From a virus (taxonomy: Duplodnaviria > Caudoviricetes): a stretch of DNA of 64,000 nt. Location: positions 1,540-65,539 of IMG/VR virus record IMGVR_UViG_3300037065_000037, one strand, 5' to 3'. The notes under the pieces are model-generated. The model was not told where the DNA came from, made no database searches, and saw nothing but the letters and a program-made list of their open reading frames with translations. Numbering within the stretch: position 1 is the first letter of the stretch; the number at the start of each line of letters is the position of its first letter. Positions 18,434 through 28,796 of this stretch are shown piece by piece. The translations under genes and the position numbers were made by a program.

Positions 18434-19230
18434 CTCGTCACCGCCGCAAGATCAGCCTGAAGCTGTGCCTGATTGAACCCGGAGGGGGCTGCGTCTTTGT
18501 TGAACCAATCGTAGCTCAGAATTGCGTGCGCCTCATCCACGTACTTATCCCAGAAGGCCCAGGTCATGTAGTACCTCTCGCCCCAAGAGATTACCTCAAG
18601 CTTCTGGTCATCATAGCCAACCACAAACACACAGTGGCCACCGTCTGTCGCTTCAGCACCGGCCACGTCCCACGTCGCCCCGGCATCCTCATCGATGTTG
18701 CTCGGAACCTCGAAGCCGATGTACAGACCGCCAAATAACCAGATGGCCGTCTTGACCTCGGTGTGATTCTTCGGGTTGGGGTCAGCAAAGGCGTAAATCC
18801 TGTGACCGGAGAATCCCTGAGCACGCCATTTCTTCAGCACGTCCAGCTCAATGCCTCCCTGGTCGCTGTCTGGCGTCCCGTCGTAGCCGTCCCACGACTT
18901 GTAATACGCTTCCACTGTCGAGTCTGGAATCGTGACGACCGCGCCGTTTGCCGCCGTCCACGTCTGGATGCCATGCGCCACACCTGCGATTGTACAATCC
19001 CCTAAAGTCGCATTGAGCATCATGCCCCAAGTCGTGAAGCTGGAAGCCCAGTGCTGCACAGACGGAGGCGTGGGAAGGGCGATTCCTTCGACGTAACGCG
19101 CCAGCTTCAGCGTTCTGGAATCAGTAACAAGAGCCTTGCGGCCACGACGGAACTTGTGGCACTCAATGATAGGATGCGGGTCAGGCCTGGGCCATGGCGT
19201 AATCGGATATCCGTCTTTTTGGTCACTCAT
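18430..19230 (-). CDS. Papain-like (C1-type) cysteine peptidase
   Basis: GDCTIA (Cys), GGHCVFVVGYD (His), ISWG. Confidence 0.75.
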   Translation of the reverse strand: MSDQKDGYPITPWPRPDPHPIIECHKFRRGRKALVTDSRTLKLARYVEGIALPTPPSVQHWASSFTTWGMMLNATLGDCTIAGVAHGIQTWTAANGAVVTIPDSTVEAYYKSWDGYDGTPDSDQGGIELDVLKKWRAQGFSGHRIYAFADPNPKNHTEVKTAIWLFGGLYIGFEVPSNIDEDAGATWDVAGAEATDGGHCVFVVGYDDQKLEVISWGERYYMTWAFWDKYVDEAHAILSYDWFNKDAAPSGFNQAQLQADLAAVTR

Positions 19231-19233
19231 TGT

Positions 19234-19599
19234 CTAGCGTCCTTTCAATTCTGTTGCAATTGCGGCTGGAATACTGCTATCAACGGGACGGCGTTGTTCT
19301 GCGTTTGCGTGGGGTGTGTCCGTTTGGCTTATCCTGTGACTGAGCTGCAAATACCCGACGTATAGCGCCGCCGCAGCGATAGCAAGGCTAAGCACGACAC
19401 CAATGCCCTTGACCCACTTCAGAGACGTGGCAGCGATCACCTTCAGCTCTGCTACCTCGGCCTTGATCCCCGGTTTCCCATTGCCGTTCACTGTCTTGTC
19501 AAGCTGCTCAAGTGTGGTCCGAATCAGAGGCGCGGCTTGTTCCCAAGTACCGTCTCCAAAATCGAGTTGATCGCTCATCTCTGGCCCTTTCGTGCCCAT
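19234..19599 (-). CDS. Hypothetical membrane protein
   Basis: NGNGKPGI motif followed by a transmembrane helix. Confidence 0.55.
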   Translation of the reverse strand: MGTKGPEMSDQLDFGDGTWEQAAPLIRTTLEQLDKTVNGNGKPGIKAEVAELKVIAATSLKWVKGIGVVLSLAIAAAALYVGYLQLSHRISQTDTPHANAEQRRPVDSSIPAAIATELKGR

Positions 19600-19603
19600 A
19601 ATT

Positions 19604-19867
19604 TTACCTCTTCGACAGCCACACAAACAATGCTGCGATCCCTGCTGCTACCAGTCCTGCCACCCACTTTAGCACCGCGCTGATAGGGCTGGTGGACGCG
19701 GCTGACAGTGCCACCTCGTTGCTGACCGCCAGCTTTAGGGTTTTTTCGGCCTCTTGAGCCTCGCGGGTGTGGCGCTCTTCGTGGGCCTCCATCTGCGCCT
19801 CCAGCTTCGCCACCCTCTCGTTCGTGTCCGCGATGTCCCTGTCGATTACCATGATGCCCTCTCGCAC
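19604..19867 (-). CDS. Coiled-coil protein with C-terminal transmembrane helix
   Basis: ERVAKLEAQ..KWVAGLVAAGIAALFVWL; start uncertain. Confidence 0.55.
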   Translation of the reverse strand: MREGIMVIDRDIADTNERVAKLEAQMEAHEERHTREAQEAEKTLKLAVSNEVALSAASTSPISAVLKWVAGLVAAGIAALFVWLSKR

Positions 19868-20920
19868 TTAGGGAGTATAAGTGATAACTACGATACCTTG
19901 TCCGCCCGCTCCACCTGAACCCATGGTCGATGTACTACTAAATCCTCCACCTCCACCGCCACCGCCATACAGACCACCGGAACCACCGTTTCCAGCCGGA
20001 CCAGTACACCCAGATGATCCCGTGGAGCATCCTCCACCGCCACCGCCACCGCCGCCAGAACCTACCGATCCCCATTCAATCCCATTGCCACCTGAGCCCC
20101 CTATATTGCCGACAGTGCTAGCTGTGTTTTTAGTGCCGCCGCCACCGCCAGAAGCACCGTTTGAATCTCCGCTTCCCGCAACAGCTCCCGCACCTGTGTC
20201 GCCCGCGCCTCCTGCAACCGACGCCGTGTAATTCGCGCCGCCAGCTCCGCCTATGGCGTCATTTCCGGAAGGATCGCTACCCGCCGCACCACCCCCAGAC
20301 CCTCCGCCTCCGCCAGCTCCCGGTGCACCGGTGGTCGTGTTTCCTGCTCCTCCGTTGGCCCCGACTCCGTTCGGACCCGCTGCGCCACCACCGCCACTAA
20401 AAGCAGTGTGCGTATTTGGAGTGCCTGCCGATCCTCCATCATGCAGCGTTGAACCTGTTCCCGCCGTTCCTCCCGACGCCAGAGTGGAGGTATTTGTCGC
20501 ACCGGCTCCTCCATTGGCGATAACAGAAGACCCGAAAGAGCTTGCGCTGCCAGCGTTGCCTGTACTTGTGTTGCTTAATGCACCGCCTGCACCTACCGTG
20601 ACAGCGACAACCGACCCGGACGTGTAGGATATCGAAGATTCGGCGTATTCCCCGCCGCCGCCGCCTGATCCATAACTGGCGTTACCTTGATTTCCACCGC
20701 CGCCACCACCTATTGCCTCCACCGTGATATTGGAGCCATTGGTGACAGCGTGCCAGGACACGCTTGACGTGCAGAACTCTCTGACCTGAGAGCCAACAAT
20801 CACCGATGGGCAGACAGTGGGTGAACCTGCAACGGGCGCAAAAGAGCGCGATCCGATTGTCCATTGGCCTTGAGCCACTGTCGTCAACAAAAGCACGAGG
20901 ATAAAAATAGCCTTCTTCAT
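19868..20920 (-). CDS. Glycine-rich fibre-like protein with signal peptide
   Basis: MKKAIFILVLLLTTVAQG-Q; GGGGG repeats; terminal GQGIVVITY. Confidence 0.75.
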   Translation of the reverse strand: MKKAIFILVLLLTTVAQGQWTIGSRSFAPVAGSPTVCPSVIVGSQVREFCTSSVSWHAVTNGSNITVEAIGGGGGGNQGNASYGSGGGGGEYAESSISYTSGSVVAVTVGAGGALSNTSTGNAGSASSFGSSVIANGGAGATNTSTLASGGTAGTGSTLHDGGSAGTPNTHTAFSGGGGAAGPNGVGANGGAGNTTTGAPGAGGGGGSGGGAAGSDPSGNDAIGGAGGANYTASVAGGAGDTGAGAVAGSGDSNGASGGGGGTKNTASTVGNIGGSGGNGIEWGSVGSGGGGGGGGGCSTGSSGCTGPAGNGGSGGLYGGGGGGGGFSSTSTMGSGGAGGQGIVVITYTP

Positions 20921-22884
20921 TGTGCGCTCACATTCCAGGTGGTACTTGATCCAGGCACTATCGCCGTGCTGGTCGCATTGCACACTTGATAGTTCAAGGT
21001 ATTTGCTGTCGGATAGGATGTAAAGTACAGACCGGGTGTGCTAGGCGTCCATCCGCTCACTGCGGAGTAATCCGTGCTCCATGTAAAGCTGAAGGTCATG
21101 CTTGTGGTCACGCCGGTCATCGTCGCCGTGCTGTAAGTCGTTCTGGTAGGCAAGCAGCCACCTGCCGGAACGCTCGTCGTACCTACTGCAATCATAGTGT
21201 GGATGGCAGAACTACTTCCTCCCGAGTATACGGGGATGTTCAGCACGCCTCCAGTGTAGGTTGCCGGTCCGCTCGTGCCTGTCGTGGATAGCGCGAAAGA
21301 TGAGGAGCCGCCACTGAACGTTGTCCACGTCCCGCTGAGGCAGCGTGTCAGCGATCCATCAACAGCAGGGACCCATTGGCCATTCGTAGAGCATGAACCT
21401 GTAGGCGCAGCGGTCGCTGTAGCGAAGACGCTGTACAGCCTCGCACTCCCCAGTCCGTCGTTGAAGTTTGGTCCATCAAAACTAAGAGTTCCGTCCGCAT
21501 AGCGTGAAAGTCCTGTGGTGCAATTACTTATACCGTTATCACTATTCTTCGGGCACCACCGAAACGTGGTCTTATTGAACATCATCCGCTGAAAGGCTGT
21601 TACCGCTGCGTTCGGTCCCCACTTCTCTACGGGCATACGAGAATTAGTTCCGAAGATAGTCTGCGTGTTGGAGTCATCTATCAGGAATTGAAAATCATAG
21701 GTGTTGCTCGGGCCACCACCGCCAGCAACATCTGTTCCTACATACATATGCGGCGTATTGTAGACAGGATAGTAAAGGCCCAACAATAAACTAGAAGAGC
21801 TGGGATATACAGTCACCGTGGGGTTATAGGAGCTGTCAAGAAACGTTAATGAAGAGTCGTAGGCTAAGCCATTGGTCCACGCGTTCCAGAATGGTAGATG
21901 ACCTGTGTGGTCACCCTCCTGAGTGGCATATGCACGATTTACATACGTCGCAAAAGCGTGCGCTCCGCTGGCCGTGTTTGCCACCAAATTGTTCGAGGCA
22001 TACAAATCCGAGCCAAACTCAATCCAACGATCCCAGTACGCGCCACCGGAAGCACCCGAAGAACTCTTTGCCTGTAGCTCCAACCATGTGTTGACTGCGG
22101 CAATTGTTCCCCTTGCGGTATCGCCATCGTATAGGCCAAAAGATGTCGGCAGAATAGCTCCCTGCACCACCACGCATCCGGCAGCGTGCGCCTGGGTCCA
22201 CACGGATTTGAAATTTTGCTCCACCGTGTATGCGCTGTTGCTATTCACTGCTATATCTGCTTGGCCTATTTGCAAAATAAGATAGGTCGGTGTACCTAGA
22301 GAACAATTCACCTTGCTCGAAAAGTAGGTGTTGGCATCCGCAAGAGTTGACCCTACTTGCGAAAGACTCCCGTGACCCTTGATGAAGGGCATGTTTGCAA
22401 GCTGATACGCGGCCCAATAGTTCGCCGAATTGATCGTGCCTCCCGTGCCACTTCCAGTGTTGGTCGAATAGGAAAAGGTGAACTGGGTTGGAGACGTTAC
22501 CGTAACTTGGAATACACCCTGACCTGTATCATAGGAACTTCGGTTTGTCTGCGGTGAAAACCAGCCAGTGAGCCCCAGAACCTTCACCCAATCGCCTGTA
22601 GTAAGTCCGTGCGCTGTGGTCGTATTGACCGTGCCAGTCGTTCCGTCAGCCGACCATGCACCGGCAGTAATAGACGGTCCGCTCAGTCCTCCAAAATCAT
22701 CCGTTGTGACCGATGAGCTGAGAATAATATAGGCTGTCGTGGTTGGGTTGTAATGCACCGCGTCGGCATCCGTGCCGCCTCCTCCGCTCTGGATAATCGT
22801 CGGTCCGGTGATCCTGGTCTGTGCCTGGCAAACAGGCAGAAGAATCGATGATAGTACGAAAACAATAGCAGCCAGCTTGCGCAT
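20917..22884 (-). CDS. Fibre/spike-like protein with SGNH-hydrolase-like region and signal peptide
   Basis: MRKLAAIVFVLSSILLPVCQA-Q; TTAHGLTTGD module; LILQIGQAD..VVVQGAILP SGNH-like blocks. Confidence 0.65.
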   Translation of the reverse strand: MRKLAAIVFVLSSILLPVCQAQTRITGPTIIQSGGGGTDADAVHYNPTTTAYIILSSSVTTDDFGGLSGPSITAGAWSADGTTGTVNTTTAHGLTTGDWVKVLGLTGWFSPQTNRSSYDTGQGVFQVTVTSPTQFTFSYSTNTGSGTGGTINSANYWAAYQLANMPFIKGHGSLSQVGSTLADANTYFSSKVNCSLGTPTYLILQIGQADIAVNSNSAYTVEQNFKSVWTQAHAAGCVVVQGAILPTSFGLYDGDTARGTIAAVNTWLELQAKSSSGASGGAYWDRWIEFGSDLYASNNLVANTASGAHAFATYVNRAYATQEGDHTGHLPFWNAWTNGLAYDSSLTFLDSSYNPTVTVYPSSSSLLLGLYYPVYNTPHMYVGTDVAGGGGPSNTYDFQFLIDDSNTQTIFGTNSRMPVEKWGPNAAVTAFQRMMFNKTTFRWCPKNSDNGISNCTTGLSRYADGTLSFDGPNFNDGLGSARLYSVFATATAAPTGSCSTNGQWVPAVDGSLTRCLSGTWTTFSGGSSSFALSTTGTSGPATYTGGVLNIPVYSGGSSSAIHTMIAVGTTSVPAGGCLPTRTTYSTATMTGVTTSMTFSFTWSTDYSAVSGWTPSTPGLYFTSYPTANTLNYQVCNATSTAIVPGSSTTWNVSAQ

Positions 22885-22893
22885 AAATCTCTC

Positions 22894-24129
22894 CTAATTT
22901 CCCGTCACGGTGCAGAACGCTCCCCAGCCGGAATTGTCAATGGCCAGCGAGATAGTTGATAGTGTCCACGCATAAGTTGCCAAGCCTGACGCATAGTCAT
23001 TACCAGTGGTGCAGGATGCGCCCGAAGCGCATCTGGACGGCAGGCATGTGACGTTCTGAATTGTGTTCGGCAGCGCATACGGTAAAGTGTACGTGTGCGT
23101 CACTTGTATATCCGGTGCCGCGTAGAATTGCTCCCAGATAAGCCCGTTCGCGTCTGTCCAATAGCAGCCATTCGAGTTGCATGTGCGCGCCGTCGCTGTA
23201 CCCGCAACGATTGCCGTTATTCTGCCGTAGATATCCACGGTGATTGAAGACGGGTAGGCATAGGTTCCTGCTGTGACGCCACTGGTTGCTGCTCCCAAAG
23301 TAAAGGTTCCGCTTGAGGTGACCGGAGAGCCGCTGACCGTCAAGGGTGATCCTGCCGCCACCGTTACTGCAACGCTGGTGACGGTACCGTTTCCCGTGCC
23401 GCATGGAATACCGCTACCGCTTACTACGCCGCCGGCGACAGACAGACAACCGGATTTTCCGCCAAGGATACTATCCGCCGTGGTCTGTGGCGTGGAGTCG
23501 TCCAAGATCCACGAAGCGGTAAGCGCCTCTTGCGGTCCGATGGTAACGGTGAAGCTCTGGGGGCACCCGTCTATGCACAGGCCGACAGCAGGATCGTAAG
23601 TTAACGTGGCGTATCCGGCGAACTCGCCGTACGAATTAACCTGGACGTCGGTATTGCTGCCACCGGGGGTGCCGCTGCCACCGCCCCCACTGCCTTTGCA
23701 AGGATCGGTTGGAACTGCTGCGGTAACTTCAGCCGAGATGTCCTCGGTTCCGCCGCCGCCAGTGACCGGAATCGCGACCAGAAAGCCATTATTGGTTGCC
23801 CCAGCGGGACAGGCCACAGTGAAGGCAAAAGTCCAAGTTGAGGGTGATGGGCAGATCTGCGCAGTGTCAGCGAGCAAGATTGAGAAATGTCCGTTAGAGT
23901 CCAGCCGACCGTTTACCGTGGTCTGGAAGGTAGACACGCAGCCAAGCAGTCCGAGTTGAACCGAAGAGGAAAGATTGGTCCAGGAGGCGCCAAAGGTTCC
24001 ATTGGCCAAAGCTGAAACCGTGGCCGTAGTCTGGACGTAGCCAGAGGGGATCTGCGCCGACAGAGAGCAAGGGACAGAAGCGCCAGCGAGCGCGAGCAAC
24101 GCCACCACGCGTTTGACAGAATTTTTCAC
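22894..24129 (-). CDS. Tail-fibre-like protein with signal peptide
   Basis: VALLALAGASVPCSLSA-Q; GTVTSV and ITVDIYGRIT fibre motifs; C-terminal H-type-lectin-like end. Confidence 0.7.
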   Translation of the reverse strand: MKNSVKRVVALLALAGASVPCSLSAQIPSGYVQTTATVSALANGTFGASWTNLSSSVQLGLLGCVSTFQTTVNGRLDSNGHFSILLADTAQICPSPSTWTFAFTVACPAGATNNGFLVAIPVTGGGGTEDISAEVTAAVPTDPCKGSGGGGSGTPGGSNTDVQVNSYGEFAGYATLTYDPAVGLCIDGCPQSFTVTIGPQEALTASWILDDSTPQTTADSILGGKSGCLSVAGGVVSGSGIPCGTGNGTVTSVAVTVAAGSPLTVSGSPVTSSGTFTLGAATSGVTAGTYAYPSSITVDIYGRITAIVAGTATARTCNSNGCYWTDANGLIWEQFYAAPDIQVTHTYTLPYALPNTIQNVTCLPSRCASGASCTTGNDYASGLATYAWTLSTISLAIDNSGWGAFCTVTGN

Positions 24130-26657
24130 TGGATTCCTCCTTGTGCTTCAGGCAGATATTGCTCTTGCTGGTCAGGCCTACTTTGGCTTCGCTGCATTGC
24201 GGCGGCATACGCGGCGAGCAACGGACTGACCGGCACGCCGCGCCCTTTGGCCGCGGCCACAATGTTTGGCAGCTCTCCGCGCAGTTCAGACGGAATCTGC
24301 GCGACTTGCTGTCGGGTAGGACGAGTGAGAAATTCTCTAACATCGGGATGAGCAAGTAGCTCTTCGATAGCCATACTGGTAGCTCCAGCGGCCGGAATGG
24401 CCGCCAGGCCATTAGGCTCAACCTCTTTTCCCCGCATGAGATCGCTTAGCATGTGAAATGCGGGCCAGACCATAGCGAGCCGGATCAGACTGCCTGCTGC
24501 TGATGATCCGCGACGCTCAACGGCGGCTTCGTTGGCACGGCGCAAGTCAGCCTCAGAAATCACTTGAGTAGGTGTGATTTTGGGCGCATGAAATGGCACA
24601 GCTTCAGGCTCAGGTAGAATCGGAGGCAGAGGTGCATTGACCGCACGGGGCTCAGGGGCGGATTCCATAATTGGGGGCAGAGATAGATTAGCCCCGGCAG
24701 GAACGGGCTGAACCTTTGGCGCGGGAATATCCGCAACGGTCTTACGAGCTGGAATTGAAACTTTGGTTTGCGCCGTTTGCCGAACTTTTTGAGCGAGGTT
24801 GGCCAAGCTGTCGCTGTATTGGCGTAGATTGGCTACACCGCGATCGCCGGCGTCGCCGGCAAATTTATCGACGGCGGTAAGAGGATCTTTAGCCAAGAGT
24901 GCCTGGGCAATGGGCGAGCCTGAACTAGACGGCCCGGTCGGGTCGTGGAACGCTTTCATATAGTCACGGTAAAACGCGCGCGCAGCTTGAAATTGGGGGC
25001 CCGTGTCGTGCGCATCAGCTAACTGTTGCATCTGATCGCCAATAAAACCATGAACCTGCTGAAGCGCTTTGTAAATGTCTCCTTTACCGGGCTGAGGACC
25101 GTCGGCGATTTTGGCCCCAGTCTCTTCGTAAAACCCTTGAAGATCGTTCCAAGAAATAGGCTTGGTTCCTTGACCGATTGCCGCTTGCCATACGTCGGGC
25201 GGAAGTACACGCGAAAGCGTGTCACGCATCTGCGGGCTGGTAATCGCGGCGTGAAAGTCCTTATATCCAAGGTTTTGCGCGGTTTGATTGGCTAGGGCAA
25301 GTTCTGGGCCGGGTTCTCCTGTAGAGAGCATCGCGTTGAATTCACGAACTTTCTCCGGCGACCCACGGATCCACTTTTCCTGCGCGGCTTTAACAGCGTC
25401 AGTCAAGGCGTCTGAGGGGAGAGAAGCGCTGGACATACGCTCACGGACAACATCATACAGTGAGTTGGCCCGTTCACGAAGAGAGCGGTCAAGCTGATTC
25501 AACCCATAGATGAGCTGGCTCCCGCCTACTTGCATTTGGACAGCTTGATCAGACTTGGCGCGCTCAGCCGCAGTAGCTGCGCGGTTTTGCTGCGCAACTT
25601 GACCAATTTTATGTGCGTGCTCACGTTCCGCCGCGGTATTGGCCTTTTGCGCCGCAGCGCGCGCCTGTTGGAATTTTTCTTTTGCGTCTCGAACAGATTG
25701 GTCGTACTTCTGTTTGGCGGCCAACTGCTTTTCCTGGTACTGCGCTCGATCGGCGGCAGTCCCTGTGCGAGCTTTTTCCTGAGCGACGCGCGTATCCTGC
25801 GCATACTTTTGCTTAAGTCGAAGCAACTCGGCCTTGTGGCTCTCTAACGCCTCAGCCTGCTTCTCTTGCCAGGTTTGCTGCGCGTCGGCCCTTCGATCGG
25901 CATTGTGCAAGCTGATCTTACGATTATCTTCAGCAACCTGTCGCGCGAGATTACGCGCTACGCCGGGGCCGGAGCCAGCCAATCGCCGAATGACAGATTG
26001 CGCCGCCTCAGGCGCAGCGTGTAGCGCCTTGCCCGCGGCCTTGGGTGCGAGGGCCAGTGCGGCGTTACCCAGCGCTGTTCCCGCTGCACCCGCGTAGTTT
26101 CCTGTTCCGATCTGTTCGCCTTCCAGCTCGCCTAACTGTGCAGCCCAAGGGCCAGCCATGGGCACGGCAGCTGCTAGTCCATGGCCAAGAGCTTTCTCAC
26201 GATGCTCTACAGCCTTTGCTGATGGGTGCATGGATGTCCAAGACGTTTCTTTACCAGCTTGCTGAAATTCTGACCTCGCTTGCCTTCCCTGCTCGACTTG
26301 GGGGTCGACCAACATACGCTTTGCCGCCAAGACAGCCCGGCCGACAATTGGCGAAGCGTCCTGCCACAAGCTTACCCCTGGTCGTGCATTTACGATCCGG
26401 GCCTCAACTGGATTCTGCGGGCCTTCGTAAATGGCCGATTTGAGTCCTTTGGCTGCGCCTATGAAGGGCGCGGCCAAGGAAGACAAAAAACCTTCCTGAG
26501 ACGCTGCGGACGGCTGCGGTGCCGGAGGTGGAGCAAAGCTACGCTGAGGCGCAGAGACAGCTTTATCTTCATACTGCGCCCACTTGTCGGGCTTGGCCTT
26601 AGCAGCGGGCGCGGCAACCTCGTATTGTGCCCATTTATCTGGCTTATTGACGGGCAT
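24126..26657 (-). CDS. Large internal virion / ejection protein
   Basis: DKWAQYE repeats at N-terminus, Ala-rich helical composition, position upstream of the fibres. Confidence 0.6.
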   Translation of the reverse strand: MPVNKPDKWAQYEVAAPAAKAKPDKWAQYEDKAVSAPQRSFAPPPAPQPSAASQEGFLSSLAAPFIGAAKGLKSAIYEGPQNPVEARIVNARPGVSLWQDASPIVGRAVLAAKRMLVDPQVEQGRQARSEFQQAGKETSWTSMHPSAKAVEHREKALGHGLAAAVPMAGPWAAQLGELEGEQIGTGNYAGAAGTALGNAALALAPKAAGKALHAAPEAAQSVIRRLAGSGPGVARNLARQVAEDNRKISLHNADRRADAQQTWQEKQAEALESHKAELLRLKQKYAQDTRVAQEKARTGTAADRAQYQEKQLAAKQKYDQSVRDAKEKFQQARAAAQKANTAAEREHAHKIGQVAQQNRAATAAERAKSDQAVQMQVGGSQLIYGLNQLDRSLRERANSLYDVVRERMSSASLPSDALTDAVKAAQEKWIRGSPEKVREFNAMLSTGEPGPELALANQTAQNLGYKDFHAAITSPQMRDTLSRVLPPDVWQAAIGQGTKPISWNDLQGFYEETGAKIADGPQPGKGDIYKALQQVHGFIGDQMQQLADAHDTGPQFQAARAFYRDYMKAFHDPTGPSSSGSPIAQALLAKDPLTAVDKFAGDAGDRGVANLRQYSDSLANLAQKVRQTAQTKVSIPARKTVADIPAPKVQPVPAGANLSLPPIMESAPEPRAVNAPLPPILPEPEAVPFHAPKITPTQVISEADLRRANEAAVERRGSSAAGSLIRLAMVWPAFHMLSDLMRGKEVEPNGLAAIPAAGATSMAIEELLAHPDVREFLTRPTRQQVAQIPSELRGELPNIVAAAKGRGVPVSPLLAAYAAAMQRSQSRPDQQEQYLPEAQGGIQ

Positions 26658-28089
26658 CAGGATGATCCTTCTTAAACTCGGCTACTTGGCTACGAGGAAT
26701 GTTGTAAGTCTTGCCCCCGGCATGGAGAGCTACCGTACCTTTTGGCGGGCTCGTGTGGCTTCCAGTTCCGCCGGCCGCTCTCGGTCCCGGTCCCGGTGCG
26801 GCCGTGCCTTGAGTCTGTTGAATCGCCCCACTCAGATCCACACCGTAAGTTGCTCCGGTATCCTTGACTTGTTGCCACTGCAGGTCATTACGCTGCCGGG
26901 CGAGATCCACCATCTGGCCGACTTGTTGGCCAGTGAGGTTAGTTCCCCCCTTAGGCCCGTCATAGATAAAGTCGCCATTCATATCGCGATGGCCTATGGA
27001 TGAAAGCTTAGTCTCCAGCCACGGCGCGGACCGTTCTGCATCGTTGATAGTCGCCTTGGACACATGGGTGCCCTTCTGCGCGCCAAGGGTCATCCCGATG
27101 TGGTTCATCAAGAGAGAAACCATCGCCTGCTGGTTTCCTTGGTAAGCTTCTTGCGCATTCTGCTGCATGATTCTGAATCGGGTTTGTGCGTCCCTGGCCA
27201 CACCGAATTCTTTACCAATCGTGGCGGCGATTGCAGGCGGAAGAGGAATGGACGAGCCACCACCGTTGGCAAACGTAAGGCCGCCAGTACGCCGATTGAA
27301 GCTTCCCATCGCGATCGATTCAGTTTGTGGGTTGTAGGAGGCCATCGGCTCGAACAATCCTGTCTCTGCAAAGGTTGTCTGCGGCCTGAAGTCAGGCATC
27401 GCATTTCCCGCGGCGTCCTGCCACTGCTTCTTACCAGGGTTGAAGAATCCGAACGCGTTGCGCCCGTGAGAAAGTCCTGGATGTGGAGCGCCGGGCTTCG
27501 GCTCAGGGGGCTTGTAGCCTGCCTCGACTGGCCGGGATACGATGTTTCCGGTTTCGTCTCGGCCAAACTCCACAAAGGACTTTCCGGTCGGATCAGCCGA
27601 ACTAGGCTGCGGTTGACCTGCTGCTCCGGGTAGCGGAGTAAATTTGGCAGCGGGGGGTGGCTTTATGCCGTAAAACTCCGGCGCAACAGCCTCTTTCTGC
27701 TCCGGCGTAAGTTTGAGGCCCATCTTCTCTACAGAGTCAATGTAATTCTTGAACCTGGCTTCGTTAGACGGTGTGTCTGCTACGCGCTTCACCCCGGTCG
27801 GCGTGAAATAGTCGGTGTAATTTGATCCATCCTCGCTTTTGCCCTTACGTAGCGGGATGCCTAGCTGTTGTTGAACGGTCTGTCTCTCCTGCTCCTCTCT
27901 GGCGGCGAGTGCGTTTTGCTGGCGCGCGCCCTCAGCAGCGAGCTGCTGCACGATCATCTGGGCCTTGTGTGATTCGGCTTCCTGCGCAGCTTTGGCCGCA
28001 TCCTGCGTCCGTTGGGTACGGATGTCCTGCGCGTCGGACAACGCTGGTCCGACTGGGCCAAGTACTGAGAGTGCGTTCCAGAATCCCAC
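26644..28089 (-). CDS. Internal virion / ejection protein
   Basis: AGGAG SD; Gln/Ala-rich; synteny. Confidence 0.55.
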   Translation of the reverse strand: MGFWNALSVLGPVGPALSDAQDIRTQRTQDAAKAAQEAESHKAQMIVQQLAAEGARQQNALAAREEQERQTVQQQLGIPLRKGKSEDGSNYTDYFTPTGVKRVADTPSNEARFKNYIDSVEKMGLKLTPEQKEAVAPEFYGIKPPPAAKFTPLPGAAGQPQPSSADPTGKSFVEFGRDETGNIVSRPVEAGYKPPEPKPGAPHPGLSHGRNAFGFFNPGKKQWQDAAGNAMPDFRPQTTFAETGLFEPMASYNPQTESIAMGSFNRRTGGLTFANGGGSSIPLPPAIAATIGKEFGVARDAQTRFRIMQQNAQEAYQGNQQAMVSLLMNHIGMTLGAQKGTHVSKATINDAERSAPWLETKLSSIGHRDMNGDFIYDGPKGGTNLTGQQVGQMVDLARQRNDLQWQQVKDTGATYGVDLSGAIQQTQGTAAPGPGPRAAGGTGSHTSPPKGTVALHAGGKTYNIPRSQVAEFKKDHPDARQ

Positions 28090-28120
28090 GATTTAGCTCC
28101 TTTCCTGCCAAAGCACACGC

Positions 28121-28756
28121 TTAGTCTTCGCTACCACCGCCTGCACCCCCTGGGGTGTACATCTCCGCCGTATAGTCTGGTTGCCAGGTTTGCGTCTGCT
28201 CGGTTGGAAGAGCTTGTCCTGGTGTGTCAGTCGTTTGTGGAGTAGAGCCTGAGTTCACCAATTGGAGAAGCTGCTTGAGCGCAGCGCTGCCATTGTTCGC
28301 GCCGCCCAATGACGAAAAGGCCTTGGCCAGACTGGAAACACCATTTGCCGCTTGCGCGCCAGTATTAGCCGCCCCGCCGCCGAGATTCAGTGCTTGAAGC
28401 GCGTCCGAGTAGCCTGTTTTCTGATTCTCTTGTACGTAGGGCGCGATCGCTTGAGATTGAACCTGCGCAGCGATCTGCGGCGACTCTGACAATCCGCGTT
28501 GCGCAAGATAAGCCTGTGTATTATTGCCTACGGCCGAGTTGAGCCCGGCGGTCAAGGGCTTAGTGAACTTGGACGCGTAAGCATTCATTTTTGATGGGTC
28601 TTGCGCGTAGCTGCGGAGCTGATTTTGGTAGGCCTGGTTCTGATAGTTGTTGTACAGTCCGTAGCCAATAGAGCCAAGGTTGGCAAGATTTGTTGCGCTT
28701 TTGGTTGCAGATGAATTGCCGACCGATTGGAGCGCCGAATTGATGGATTCTGTCAT
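28121..28756 (-). CDS. Internal virion protein
   Basis: Gln/Ala/Asn-rich, AQRGL motif; synteny. Confidence 0.5.
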   Translation of the reverse strand: MTESINSALQSVGNSSATKSATNLANLGSIGYGLYNNYQNQAYQNQLRSYAQDPSKMNAYASKFTKPLTAGLNSAVGNNTQAYLAQRGLSESPQIAAQVQSQAIAPYVQENQKTGYSDALQALNLGGGAANTGAQAANGVSSLAKAFSSLGGANNGSAALKQLLQLVNSGSTPQTTDTPGQALPTEQTQTWQPDYTAEMYTPGGAGGGSED

Positions 28757-28796
28757 TGGGCTAAGTCCTTTGCTTGCACTTTCCTTCGCGTTATGG

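Noticed and set aside
19868-24129. Diversity-generating retroelement acting on the fibre genes
   Set aside because: No reverse transcriptase and no TR/VR pair with adenine-specific mismatches were seen.
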